A program made the translations under genes and the position numbers. DNA of 64,000 nucleotides from Yuukianura sp. NJ FZ-2021 (lineage: Eukaryota), in assembly GCA_046563655.1 (NCBI GenBank), contig JAJCTO010000010.1, positions 310,001-374,000 on the forward strand, in the 5' to 3' direction. Below the pieces are notes generated by a model, which did not search any database, was not told the origin of the DNA, and saw only the letters and a list, made by a program, of their open reading frames with translations. Of this stretch, positions 10,516-21,259 are shown one piece after another. Every line of letters begins with the position of its first letter. Position 1 is the first letter of the stretch.

Positions 10516-11758
10516 ATGGAAATTGACGTCCCAAAAAACTCCAAGTTGGTCAGAAAAAGCCCCAAATTTAACCTCTTCTCGCGACCCGACACCGACGTGT
10601 CTTATTCTGGATATTCTGGGCAACTACTTGAAAGTAAAGCCGTTCGGGCCGACATAGGATGACGGACCAATTTATTTTTCTGTGCAACAAATGTCATATT
10701 TGGACTTGTCGGATTCCTTTTTGAAATTTGTCGTCTCAATTTAGAAGAGTGATGGCACCGCACTTACCGACACAGATAAGATTGCACCGGAAAATTTATT
10801 TTTTCACACATTTATCGACGATTTTAAAGTCACAGTCGACAGCTGCCAAGTAATCGCACAAGGATTCAAGGCATATTCCCACGAGTCATGGCTGCTCACA
10901 CAACTAATTAATAGAATTGGGTCCAAGTCGAGTACATTGTCGAAAGAAATTTACTACGCTGGAGTCGTAATGGACAACTATGATGCCACCAACGTCAGCT
11001 ACAAGACGCGATTAGACTTGGCAAAAAAGGGTCAACTGTTTGAAATGATTGGACGACCAAATCTTGGAATTTTCACAACGCAAAAGCTGTTTCCACCAAA
11101 AACTGAATTCAATTTCGAAATAAAGAGGAGTGAACCGTCATTCTGTCTGAGAGGACCGGAGACTACTACTCAATACAAAATTGAAGTCGAATCGGCCGAG
11201 TTTTATGTTCGACAAGTCTACCCAAGCGAAAAAGTGATGACACAAATACGACAAGGGTTCGCAAAAAAACAAAATTGCTTGCTACACTTACGATCAGGCG
11301 CACATGCAAGTAGAATACGTTCCGGCCAGCCTAAACTGTATCGAGTTGCCGAGAGTTTACCAGTCTTGTAAATTCCTAAAGCTGTTTTTGTTGCATTTAT
11401 TGAACGAGATATTTACGACGGAAAAGTCCAAAGTTCACCATTCAACTTTAAACCTCATGGGGTAAACCGGCTTGTGTTAAAGTTTGAAAACAGACCAGTG
11501 GTGTTTGACGAAATGGTTTTAAAAGACAAAAACTACATGCTACCGCATACCAAAACTTGTGCAAACTAATTGGAAGTGGTGGAAACGATATTACATATCA
11601 GCAGTTTGTCAACAGCAACGCAGTTTTTGCATTTGACCTTCAAGACTTATGGGCAGATGGATTTACCGCAGGGCGAATGGGGCAACTTGGCCTGGAAATA
11701 AACTTTGACGCCGCGATTCCAAAAGATCTAGTTGTGCTTGTCGTCGGCATCGAAGATT
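10516..11758 (+). pseudogene. Polinton major capsid protein pseudogene
   Basis: FNLFSRPDTDVS..YLDLSDSFLKF..IAPENLFFH..EMIGRP..PFNFK..LEINFD parallels the intact MCP. It has several stops and frameshifts, and its 3' end is replaced by the satellite. Confidence 0.85.
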
Positions 11759-14700
11759 GGCACTTCTAGCTTGAGCTCGAGGATGGACGCTGACAACATG
11801 TTTTTCAACGTGTGATTTAGTCAGTTATGCACTACGACAAAGTGGACCGTTGTTTGATGAATACCAAGAATTTTGGTACAAGCGGTAACAAGGCATAAAT
11901 TCAATGTTTCAGAACATTTAACACCTTGTTGTGTAGTTTCAATCCTAAGTTAAACCTAAATTGTAGTTAGACTTATGCACTTGTGGTATGGTGGAGCTGT
12001 GTAAAATATACAATTTCGGACTATTGTTGGGCACAAGTTTTCAGACATGATCTATTTAATGTGCAAGTTGGTAGAAAATATAAAAAAAATATTTTCCAAA
12101 AATTCTATCCAGAAATAGCCAAAATTCTGAATGTTCAATTTTGATTTACAAAATGTAAGAGTCGGTTTCCCCCTGAAGTTCGATTGCCGTGTGAGTTATC
12201 ATGATTCAAGGTGTCAAAGTGAGAACTCATGGTTTGCATCTGGACTGAAGGCAAGCTGGACACTTCACCGGCACTTCTAGCTTGAGCTCGAGGATGGACG
12301 CTGACAACATGTTTTTCAACGTGTGATTTAGTCAGTTATGCAGTACGACGAAGTGGACCGTTATTTGATGAATACCAAGAATTTTGGTATAAGCGGTAAC
12401 AAGGCATAAACTCAATTTTTCAGAACGTTTAACACCTTGTTGTATAGTTTCAACACTAAGTTAAACCTAAATCGTAGTTAGACTTATGCACTTGTGGTAT
12501 GGTGGAGCTGTGCTAAAATACAATTTCGGACTATTGTTGGGCAGAAGTTTTCAGACGTGATCTATTTAATGTGCAAGCTGGTAGGAAATATAAAAAAATA
12601 TTTTCCAAAAATTCTATCCAGAAATACCCAAAAATTCTGAATGTTCAATTTTGATTTACAAAATGTAAGAGTCGGTTTTTCCCAGAAGTTCGATTGCCGT
12701 GTGAGTTATCATGATTCAAGGTGTCAAAGTGAGAACTCATGGTTTGCATCTGGACTGAAGGCAAGCTTGACACTTCACCGGCACTTCTAGCTTGAGCTCA
12801 GATGGAGGCTGACAACATGTTTTTCAACGTGTGATTTAGTCAGTTATGCACTACGACGAAGTGGACCGTTATTTGATGAATACCAAGAATTTTGGTACAA
12901 GCGGTAGCAAGGCATAAATTCAATTTTTCAGAACATTTAACACCTTGTTGTGTAGTTTCAACCCTAAGTTAAACCTAAATCGTAGTTAGACTTATGCACT
13001 TGTGGTATGGTGGAGCTGTGCTAAAATACAATTTCGAACTATTGTTGGGCAGAAGTTTTTAGACGTGATCTATTTAATGTGCAAGTTGGTAGGTAATATA
13101 AAAATGTGTTTTCCAAAAATTCTATCCAGAAATGGCAAAAAATCTTGAATGTTCAATTTTGATTTACAAAATGTAAGAGTCGGTTTTTCCCAGAAGTTCG
13201 ATTGCCGTGTGAGTTATCATGATTCAAGGTGTCAAAGTGAGAACTCATGGTTTGCATCTGGACTGAAGGCAAGCTTGACACTTCACCGGCACTTCTAGCT
13301 TGAGCTCAAAGATGGTTGCTGACAACATGTTTTTCAACGTGTGATTTAGTCAGTTATGCACTACGACGAAGTGGACCGTTATTTGATGAATACCAAGAAT
13401 TTTGGTACAAGCGGTAGCAAGGCATAAATTCAATTTTTCAGAACATTTAACACCTTGTTGTGTAGTTTCAACCCTAAGTTAAACCTAAATCGTAGTTAGA
13501 CTTATGCACTTGTGGTATGGTGGAGCTGTGCTAAAATACAATTTCGAACTATTGTTGGGCAGAAGTTTTCAGACGTGATCTATTTAATGTGCAAGTTGGT
13601 AGGTAATATAAAAATGTGTTTTCCAAAAATTCTATCCAGAAATGGCAAAAAATCTTGAATATTCAATTTTGATTTACAAAATGTAAGAGTCGGTTTTTCC
13701 CAGAAGTTCGATTGCCGTGTGAGTTATCATGATTCAAGGTGTCAAAGTGAGAACTCATGGTTTGCATCTGGACTGAAGGCAAGCTTGACACTTCACCGGC
13801 ACTTCTAGCTTGAGCTCAAAGATGGAGGCTGACAACATGTTTTTCAACGTGTGATTTAGTCAGTTATGCACTACGACGAAGTGGACCGTTATTTGATGAA
13901 TACCAAGAATTTTGGTATAAGCGGTAACAAGGCATAAATTCAATTTTTCAGAACATTTAACACCTTGTTGTATAGTTTCAACCCTCAGATAAAAATAAAT
14001 CGTAGTTAGACTTATGCACTTGTGGTATGGTGGAGCTGTGCTAAAATACAATTTCGAACTATTGTTGGGCAGAAGTTTTCAGACGTGATCTATTTAATGT
14101 GCAAGTTGGTAGGAAATATAAAAAAATATTTTCCAAAAATTCTATCCAGAAATACCCAAAAATTCTGAATGTTCAATTTTGATTTACAAAATGTAAGAGT
14201 CGGTTTTTCCCAGAAGTTCGATTGCCGTGTGAGTTATCATGATTCAAGGTGTCAAAGTGAGAACTCATGGTTTGCATCTGGACTGAAGGCAAGCTTGACA
14301 CTTCACCGGCACTTCTAGCTTGAGCTCAGATGGAGGCTGACAACATGTTTTTCAACGTGTGATTTAGTCAGTTATGCACTACGACGAAGTGGACCGTTAT
14401 TTGATGAATACCAAGAATTTTGGTACAAGCGGTAGCAAGGCATAAATTCAATCTTTCAGAACATTTAACACCTTGTTGTGTAGTTTCAACCCTAAGTTAA
14501 ACCTAAATCGTAGTTAGACTTATGCACTTGTGGTATGGTGGAGCTGTGCTAAAATACAATTTCGAACTATTGTTGGGCAGAAGTTTTTAGACGTGATCTA
14601 TTTAATGTGCAAGTTGGTAGGTAATATAAAAATGTGTTTTCCAAAAATTCTATCCAGAAATGGCAAAAAATCTTGAATGTTCAATTTTGATTTACAAAAT

Positions 14701-17700
14701 GTAAGAGTCGGTTTTTCCCAGAAGTTCCATTGCCGTGTGAGTTATCATGATTCAAGGTGTCAAAGTGAGAACTCATGGTTTGCATCTGGACTGAAGGCAA
14801 GCTTGACACTTCACCGGCACTTCTAGCTTGAGCTCAAAGATGGAGGCTGACAACATGTTTTTCAACGTGTGATTTAGTCAGTTATGCACTACGACGAAGT
14901 GGACCGTTGTTTGATGAATACCAAGAATTTTGGTATAAGCCCTAACAAGGCATAAATTCAATTTTTCAGAACATTTAACACCTTGTTGTATAGTTTCAAC
15001 CCTCAGATAAAAATAATTTTTTTTTTGGAGAGTTAATTGACATTAGCATTTAGCTTTATCAACAGGGGTAGGGAATTTCTGGGTTGGGTTGAGGTCCTAT
15101 GAGGTGGGGCGGTGGTACAGTCAGATAGTTGGCGAGAGGTTCTGAGGGAAGGACGAAAGGCTTTCTGCTAGAGCTGAACGGGCTAGGGCCCTACCACATA
15201 TCACAGCTCCAGGCAAGTGGCAGGAACAGCATCGTACGCATACCGGCCCACGACCCCACTCCACAACAGCAACTACTGACCTCTTCACACGCACCCATAA
15301 CCCCCCAAACTGACCTATCATCCGAACACCCCATCTGGGCTAGGAAAGTGGGAAAACCATTTCTGGAAAACGACTTTCGTGTCGGCGACGCCGGGACTCG
15401 AACCCGCGCCCGTCCAAGGTGTTAGTAGGATAGAGCCGGAGCTCTAGTCCCCCCGGCCTACGGGCCTTGGACAGATAAAAATAAATCGTAGTTAGACTTA
15501 TGCACTTGTGGTATGGTGGAGCTGTGCTAAAATACAATTTCGAACTATTGTTGGGCAGAAGTTTTCAGACGTGATCTATTTAATGTGCAAGTTGGTAGGT
15601 AATATAAAAATGTGTTTTCCAAAAATTCTATCCAGAAATGACAAAAAATCTTGAATGTTCAATTTTGATTTACAAAATGTAAGAGTCGGTTTTTCCCAGA
15701 AGTTCGATTGCCGTGTGAGTTATCATGATTCAAGGTGTCAAAGTGAGAACTCATGGTTTGCATCTGGACTGAAGGCAAGCTTGACACTTCACCGGCACTT
15801 CTAGCTTGAGCTCAAAGATGGTTGCTGACAACATGTTTTTCAACGTGTGATTTAGTCAGTTATGCACTACGACGAAGTGGACCGTTATTTGATGAATACC
15901 AAGAATTTTGGTACAAGCGGTAGCAAGGCATAAATTCAATTTTTCAGAACATTTAACACCTTGTTGTGTAGTTTCAACCCTAAGTTAAACCTAAATCGTA
16001 GTTAGACTTATGCACTTGTGGTATGGTGGAGCTGTGCTAAAATACAATTTCGAACTATTGTTGGGCAGAAGTTTTCAGACGTGATCTATTTAATGTGCAA
16101 GTTGGTAGGTAATATAAAAATGTGTTTTCCAAAAATTCTATCCAGAAATGGCAAAAAATCTTGAATATTCAATTTTGATTTACAAAATGTAAGAGTCGGT
16201 TTTTCCCAGAAGTTCGATTGCCGTGTGAGTTATCATGATTCAAGGTGTCAAAGTGAGAACTCATGGTTTGCATCTGGACTGAAGGCAAGCTTGACACTTC
16301 ACCGGCACTTCTAGCTTGAGCTCAAAGATGGAGGCTGACAACATGTTTTTCGACGTGTGATTTAGTCAGTTATGCACTACGACGAAGTGGACCGTTGTTT
16401 GATGAATACCAAGAATTTTGGTATAAGCGGCAACAAGGCATAAATTCAATTTTTCAGAACATTTAACACCTTGTTGTATAGTTTCAACCCTCAGATAAAA
16501 ATAAATCGTAGTTAGACTTATGCACTTGTGGTATGGTGGAGCTGTGCTAAAATACAATCTCGGACTATTGTTGGGCAGAAGTTTTCAGACGTAATCTATT
16601 TAATGTGCAAGTTGGTAGGAAATATAAAAAAATATTCTCCAAAAATTCTATCCAGAAATAGCCAAAAATTCTGAATGTTCAATTTTGATTTACACAATGT
16701 AAGAGTCGGTTTTTCCCAGAAGTTCGATTGCCGTGTCAGTTATCATGATTCATGGTGTCAAAGTGAGAACTCATGGTTTGCATCTGGACTGAAGGCAAGC
16801 TTGACACTTCACCGGCACTTCTAGCTTGAGCTCAAAGATGGTTGCTGACAACATGTTTTTCAACGTGTGATTTAGTCAGTTATGCACTACGACGAAGTGG
16901 ACCGTTATTTGATGAATACCAAGAATTTTGGTACAAGCGGTAGCAAGGCATAAATTCAATTTTTCAGAACATTTAACACCTTGTTGTGTAGTTTCAACCC
17001 TAAGTTAAACCTAAATCGTAGTTAGACTTATGCACTTGTGGTATGGTGGAGCTGTGCTAAAATACAATTTCGAACTATTGTTGGGCAGAAGTTTTCAGAC
17101 GTGATCTATTTAATGTGCAAGTTGGTAGGTAATATAAAAATGTGTTTTCCAAAAATTCTATCCAGAAATAGCCAAAAATTCTGAATGTTCAATTTTGATT
17201 TACACAATGTAAGAGTCGGTTTTTCCCAGAAGTTCGATTGCCGTGTCAGTTATCATGATTCATGGTGTCAAAGTGAGAACTCATGGTTTGCATCTGGACT
17301 GAAGGCAAGCTTGACACTTCACCGGCACTTCTAGCTTGAGCTCAAAGATGGTTGCTGACAACATGTTTTTCAACGTGTGATTTAGTCAGTTATGCACTAC
17401 GACGAAGTGGACCGTTATTTGATGAATACCAAGAATTTTGGTACAAGCGGTAGCAAGGCATAAATTCAATTTTTCAGAACATTTAACACCTTGTTGTGTA
17501 GTTTCAACCCTAAGTTAAACCTAAATCGTAGTTAGACTTATGCACTTGTGGTATGGTGGAGCTGTGCTAAAATACAATTTCGAACTATTGTTGGGCAGAA
17601 GTTTTCAGACGTGATCTATTTAATGTGCAAGTTGGTAGGTAATATAAAAATGTGTTTTCCAAAAATTCTATCCAGAAATGGCAAAAAATCTTGAATATTC

Positions 17701-19560
17701 AATTTTGATTTACAAAATGTAAGAGTCGGTTTTTCCCAGAAGTTCGATTGCCGTGTGAGTTATCATGATTCAAGGTGTCAAAGTGAGAACTCATGGTTTG
17801 CATCTGGACTGAAGGCAAGCTTGACACTTCACCGGCACTTCTAGCTTGAGCTCAGATGGAGGCTGACAACATGTTTTTCAACGTGTGATTTAGTCAGTTA
17901 TGCACTACGACGAAGTGGACCGTTATTTGATGAATACCAAGAATTTTGGTATGAGCGGTAACAAGGCATAAATTCAATTTTTCAGAACATTTAACACCTT
18001 GTTGTGTAGTTTCAACCCTAAGTTAAACCTAAATCGTAGTTAGACTTATGCACTTGTGGTATGGTGGAGCTGTGCTAAAATACAATTTCGAACTATTGTT
18101 GGGCAGAAGTTTTTAGACGTGATCTATTTAATGTGCAAGTTGGTAGGTAATATAAAAATGTGTTTTCCAAAAATTCTATCCAGAAATGGCAAAAAATCTT
18201 GAATGTTCAATTTTGATTTACAAAATGTAAGAGTCGGTTTTTCCCAGAAGTTCCATTGCCGTGTGAGTTATCATGATTCAAGGTGTCAAAGTGAGAACTC
18301 ATGGTTTGCATCTGGACTGAAGGCAAGCTTGACACTTCACCGGCACTTCTAGCTTGAGCTCAAAGATGGTTGCTGACAACATGTTTTTCAACGTGTGATT
18401 TAGTCAGTTATGCACTACGACGAAGTGGACCCTTATTTGATGAATACCAAGAATTTTGGTACAAGCGGTAGCAAGGCATAAATTCAATTTTTCAGAACAT
18501 TTAACACCTTGTTGTGTAGTTTCAACCCTAAGTTAAACCTAAATCGTAGTTAGACTTATGCACTTGTGGTATGGTGGAGCTGTGCTAAAATACAATTTCG
18601 AACTATTGTTGGGCAGAAGTTTTCAGACGTGATCTATTTAATGTGCAAGTTGGTAGGTAATATAAAAATGTGTTTTCCAAAAATTCTATCCAGAAATGGC
18701 AAAAAATCTTGAATATTCAATTTTGATTTACAAAATGTAAGAGTCGGTTTTTCCCAGAAGTTCGATTGCCGTGTGAGTTATCATGATTCAAGGTGTCAAA
18801 GTGAGAACTCATGGTTTGCATCTGGACTGAAGGCAAGCTTGACACTTCACCGGCACTTCTAGCTTGAGCTCAGATGGAGGCTGACAACATGTTTTTCAAC
18901 GTGTGATTTAGTCAGTTATGCACTACGACGAAGTGGACCGTTATTTGATGAATACCAAGAATTTTGGTATGAGCGGTAACAAGGCATAAATTCAATTTTT
19001 CAGAACATTTAACACCTTGTTGTGTAGTTTCAACCCTAAGTTAAACCTAAATCGTAGTTAGACTTATGCACTTGTGGTATGGTGGAGCTGTGCTAAAATA
19101 CAATTTCGAACTATTGTTGGGCAGAAGTTTTTAGACGTGATCTATTTAATGTGCAAGTTGGTAGGTAATATAAAAATGTGTTTTCCAAAAATTCTATCCA
19201 GAAATGGCAAAAAATCTTGAATGTTCAATTTTGATTTACAAAATGTAAGAGTCGGTTTTTCCCAGAAGTTCCATTGCCGTGTGAGTTATCATGATTCAAG
19301 GTGTCAAAGTGAGAACTCATGGTTTGCATCTGGACTGAAGGCAAGCTTGACACTTCACCGGCACTTCTAGCTTGAGCTCAAAGATGGAGGCTGACAACAT
19401 GTTTTTCAACGTGTGATTTAGTCAGTTATGCACTACGACGAAGTGGACCGTTGTTTGATGAATACCAAGAATTTTGGTATAAGCGGTAACAAGGCATAAA
19501 TTCAATTTTTCAGAACATTTAACACCTTGTTGTATAGTTTCAACCCTCAGATAAAAATAA
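11759..19560. repeat. Satellite array, ~510-bp monomer, ~14.4 copies
   Basis: GGCACTTCTAGCTTGAGCTC recurs at about 11759, 12270, 12780, 13288, 13798, 14308, 14816, 15794, 16304, 16814, 17324, 17834, 18342, 18852 and 19360. Confidence 0.97.
15017..15471 (-). mobile_element. tRNA-derived SINE (~455 bp) with poly(A) tail and 13-bp TSD
   Basis: TSD CAGATAAAAATAA at 15004-15016 and 15472-15484; T10 tail at 15017-15026; Pol III B box GGTTCGAGTCC (15404-15394) and an A-box-like sequence near the 5' end. Confidence 0.88.
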
Positions 19561-19658
19561 TTTTTTTTTTTGGAGAGTTAATTGACATTAGCATTTAGCT
19601 TTATCAACAGGGGTAGGGAATTTCTGGGTTGGGTTGAGGTCCTATGAGGTGGGGCGGT
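19561..19658 (-). mobile_element. 3' fragment of the same SINE, interrupted by the Polinton
   Basis: It matches 15017-15113 at the same satellite position, then switches abruptly to AGTAGT. Confidence 0.9.
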
Positions 19659-19960
19659 AGTAGTATGATAATGTCAGCTAAGAACGTAAAACGTTCCTAA
19701 AACGTTTGGTGAGTCACACATTTAACTCATTAAGAATGCAAGGTTAGGTGCAAAGGTTAGGTGTGCGAAAGCTTTGAGTTGATGGTACAAAGTCCGAACG
19801 TTTTTTCGAAGACGGAAGGAGGAGTGGTGACTCATGACCCTTTGGCAAGAATGCAAGGTCAGTGTAAGGCTGAAAGTCTGTTTTCGAAGGCCTTGTAGTC
19901 GTTGGTCCAAAGTCCGAAATGTTTTGAAAGACACAAGGACAGTGGTGAGTCATTTCCCAA
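19659..19960 (+). repeat. Left terminus with ~115-120 bp subterminal tandem repeats
   Basis: AAGAATGCAAGGT at ~19731 and ~19847; CAAAGTCCGAA at ~19788 and ~19908; GGTGASTCA at ~19708, ~19826 and ~19944. Confidence 0.75.
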
Positions 19961-20087
19961 CGTGTGCAAAGAAGGATCGTATTTTATGCGTGATTTCATC
20001 ATGCACTATAAAAAGAGGAGCGCAAACTATGTTTTGCGCATGTATATAAAGTTAGTTGTGCTTAAGTTGTAGCAAGTCATTCAAAAC

Positions 20088-21026
20088 ATGGAAGTCCTCT
20101 TGACGTATGAGGGGAGATTAAAAACGTACCAGAACGCTCAAGTCAGATGGCCGTTGAGTTTTGTTACCCCGGAAGCATGTTCGTGTGCGGGATTTTACTA
20201 CCTTGGAGTAGATGACATGGTGGGTAATTTTCAACTTTTTCAAAAAAAAAAACGTCAGGTTGTTGAATAATAATAATTTTTTGAACAGGTTGCTTGTCCA
20301 TATTGTCGAGGTGTCGTTGGGCAGTGGGTGGTTGGTGACGACCCGTTGTTGGAGCACCGTAAACACTTCCCGCGCTGTCCGTATGTTGTAGTTCTAGTAG
20401 GTCTGCTGTCCGGGGTTGGATTCGTAGTTGCTCCAGATGCAACTAGAACTGGAGCGGGCGCCACGGCTGGATTTGACGTTTCCGGAAATGCAAACACTCA
20501 AACCGGAATGCCCAGCGCGGGAAGTACCGATGTTTCCGGTTCTGCTAACACTGCCACCGACCCTAGTTCGTTGGGAATACATGGTTTCGGTGCTGGAACC
20601 GCAGGAACTCAGGCAGCCGAGCCCGAGGCCGGCATTCCTGGCTCGGCAAGAACCGACATGGCTGGGGCAACCGCGGCAGAAACCGACATAGCTGGCTCGG
20701 CAAGAACTTATGTGAACGAAATAACTACACTCGAGACGGACATACGCGGCGCGGGAGGAACCGATGTTGCCGGTGCCGGAACCCAACCCATTTTAAGAGC
20801 AGCATCCTGTGCTTTGGCATATGACGTTTATAATTTGGCGGCTGCCGACGTAAAAAGCGACAATTCGAGTAACAGTCTTACTTGTAAGATTTGTTGGGAC
20901 AAAGAAGCCTGTGATGTATTCCTACCGTGCAAACATCTGATTGCCTGTCCAACATGTTCGTTATCGTTAAAAAGTTGTGCAGTTTGCCGAGAACCTATAC
21001 TAATTAGATTGAAGGTGTTTACTTAG
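20088..21026 (+). CDS. iap: Inhibitor of apoptosis (single BIR plus C-terminal RING), 2 exons (20088-20219, 20289-21026), ~289 aa
   Basis: RLKTY..WP..AGFYYLGVDDM|VACPYC..W..DDPLLEHRKHFPRCPYV (BIR) and CKICWD..FLPCKHLIACPTC..CAVCR (IAP-type RING). TATA at ~20044 and AATAAA at 21151. Confidence 0.92.
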
Positions 21027-21259
21027 TTGTGAAATAGTGATATTCTATATTCAGTTTTCTAAGTCATCTCACAACCCAATTCATGTAGCATTGAATTGAG
21101 TTGTGGGATGACTTTTGTTGCTGTGAGTTCGAATCTTAGTTTGGTATATGAATAAAAAAAGCAATGTGTTTATGCAACGTTTGGATGACGTGTTTTTGAA
21201 TTAGTATTTAATGAGCTAAACTTCTGAGTAACTAAACATTCGTTGTCGGAGCTGAGACC

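Larger units (their letters stand above)
5796..11758. mobile_element. Degraded Polinton/Maverick remnant(s)
   Basis: Disrupted integrase, two minor-capsid-like genes and a major capsid gene resembling those at 26.7-32.2 kb. No termini visible. Confidence 0.85.

Noticed and set aside
11820..11900. Hammerhead-like TTGATGA plus stem (ATACCAA/TTGGTAY) in the 510-bp monomer
   Set aside because: The core would need CUGANGA and GAAA after stem II. Neither is present, so it is only a hairpin.
15140..15165. CTGAGGGAAGGACGAAA in the SINE resembling a hammerhead core
   Set aside because: No proper CUGANGA or stem II, and it is on the antisense strand of the SINE.
15380..15471. tRNA gene
   Set aside because: It has a B box but no clean cloverleaf, and it is part of a TSD-flanked poly(A) element.
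13860..16557. MYFSTAPPYHK ORFs
   Set aside because: Translations of the 510-bp satellite that depend on a monomer variant.
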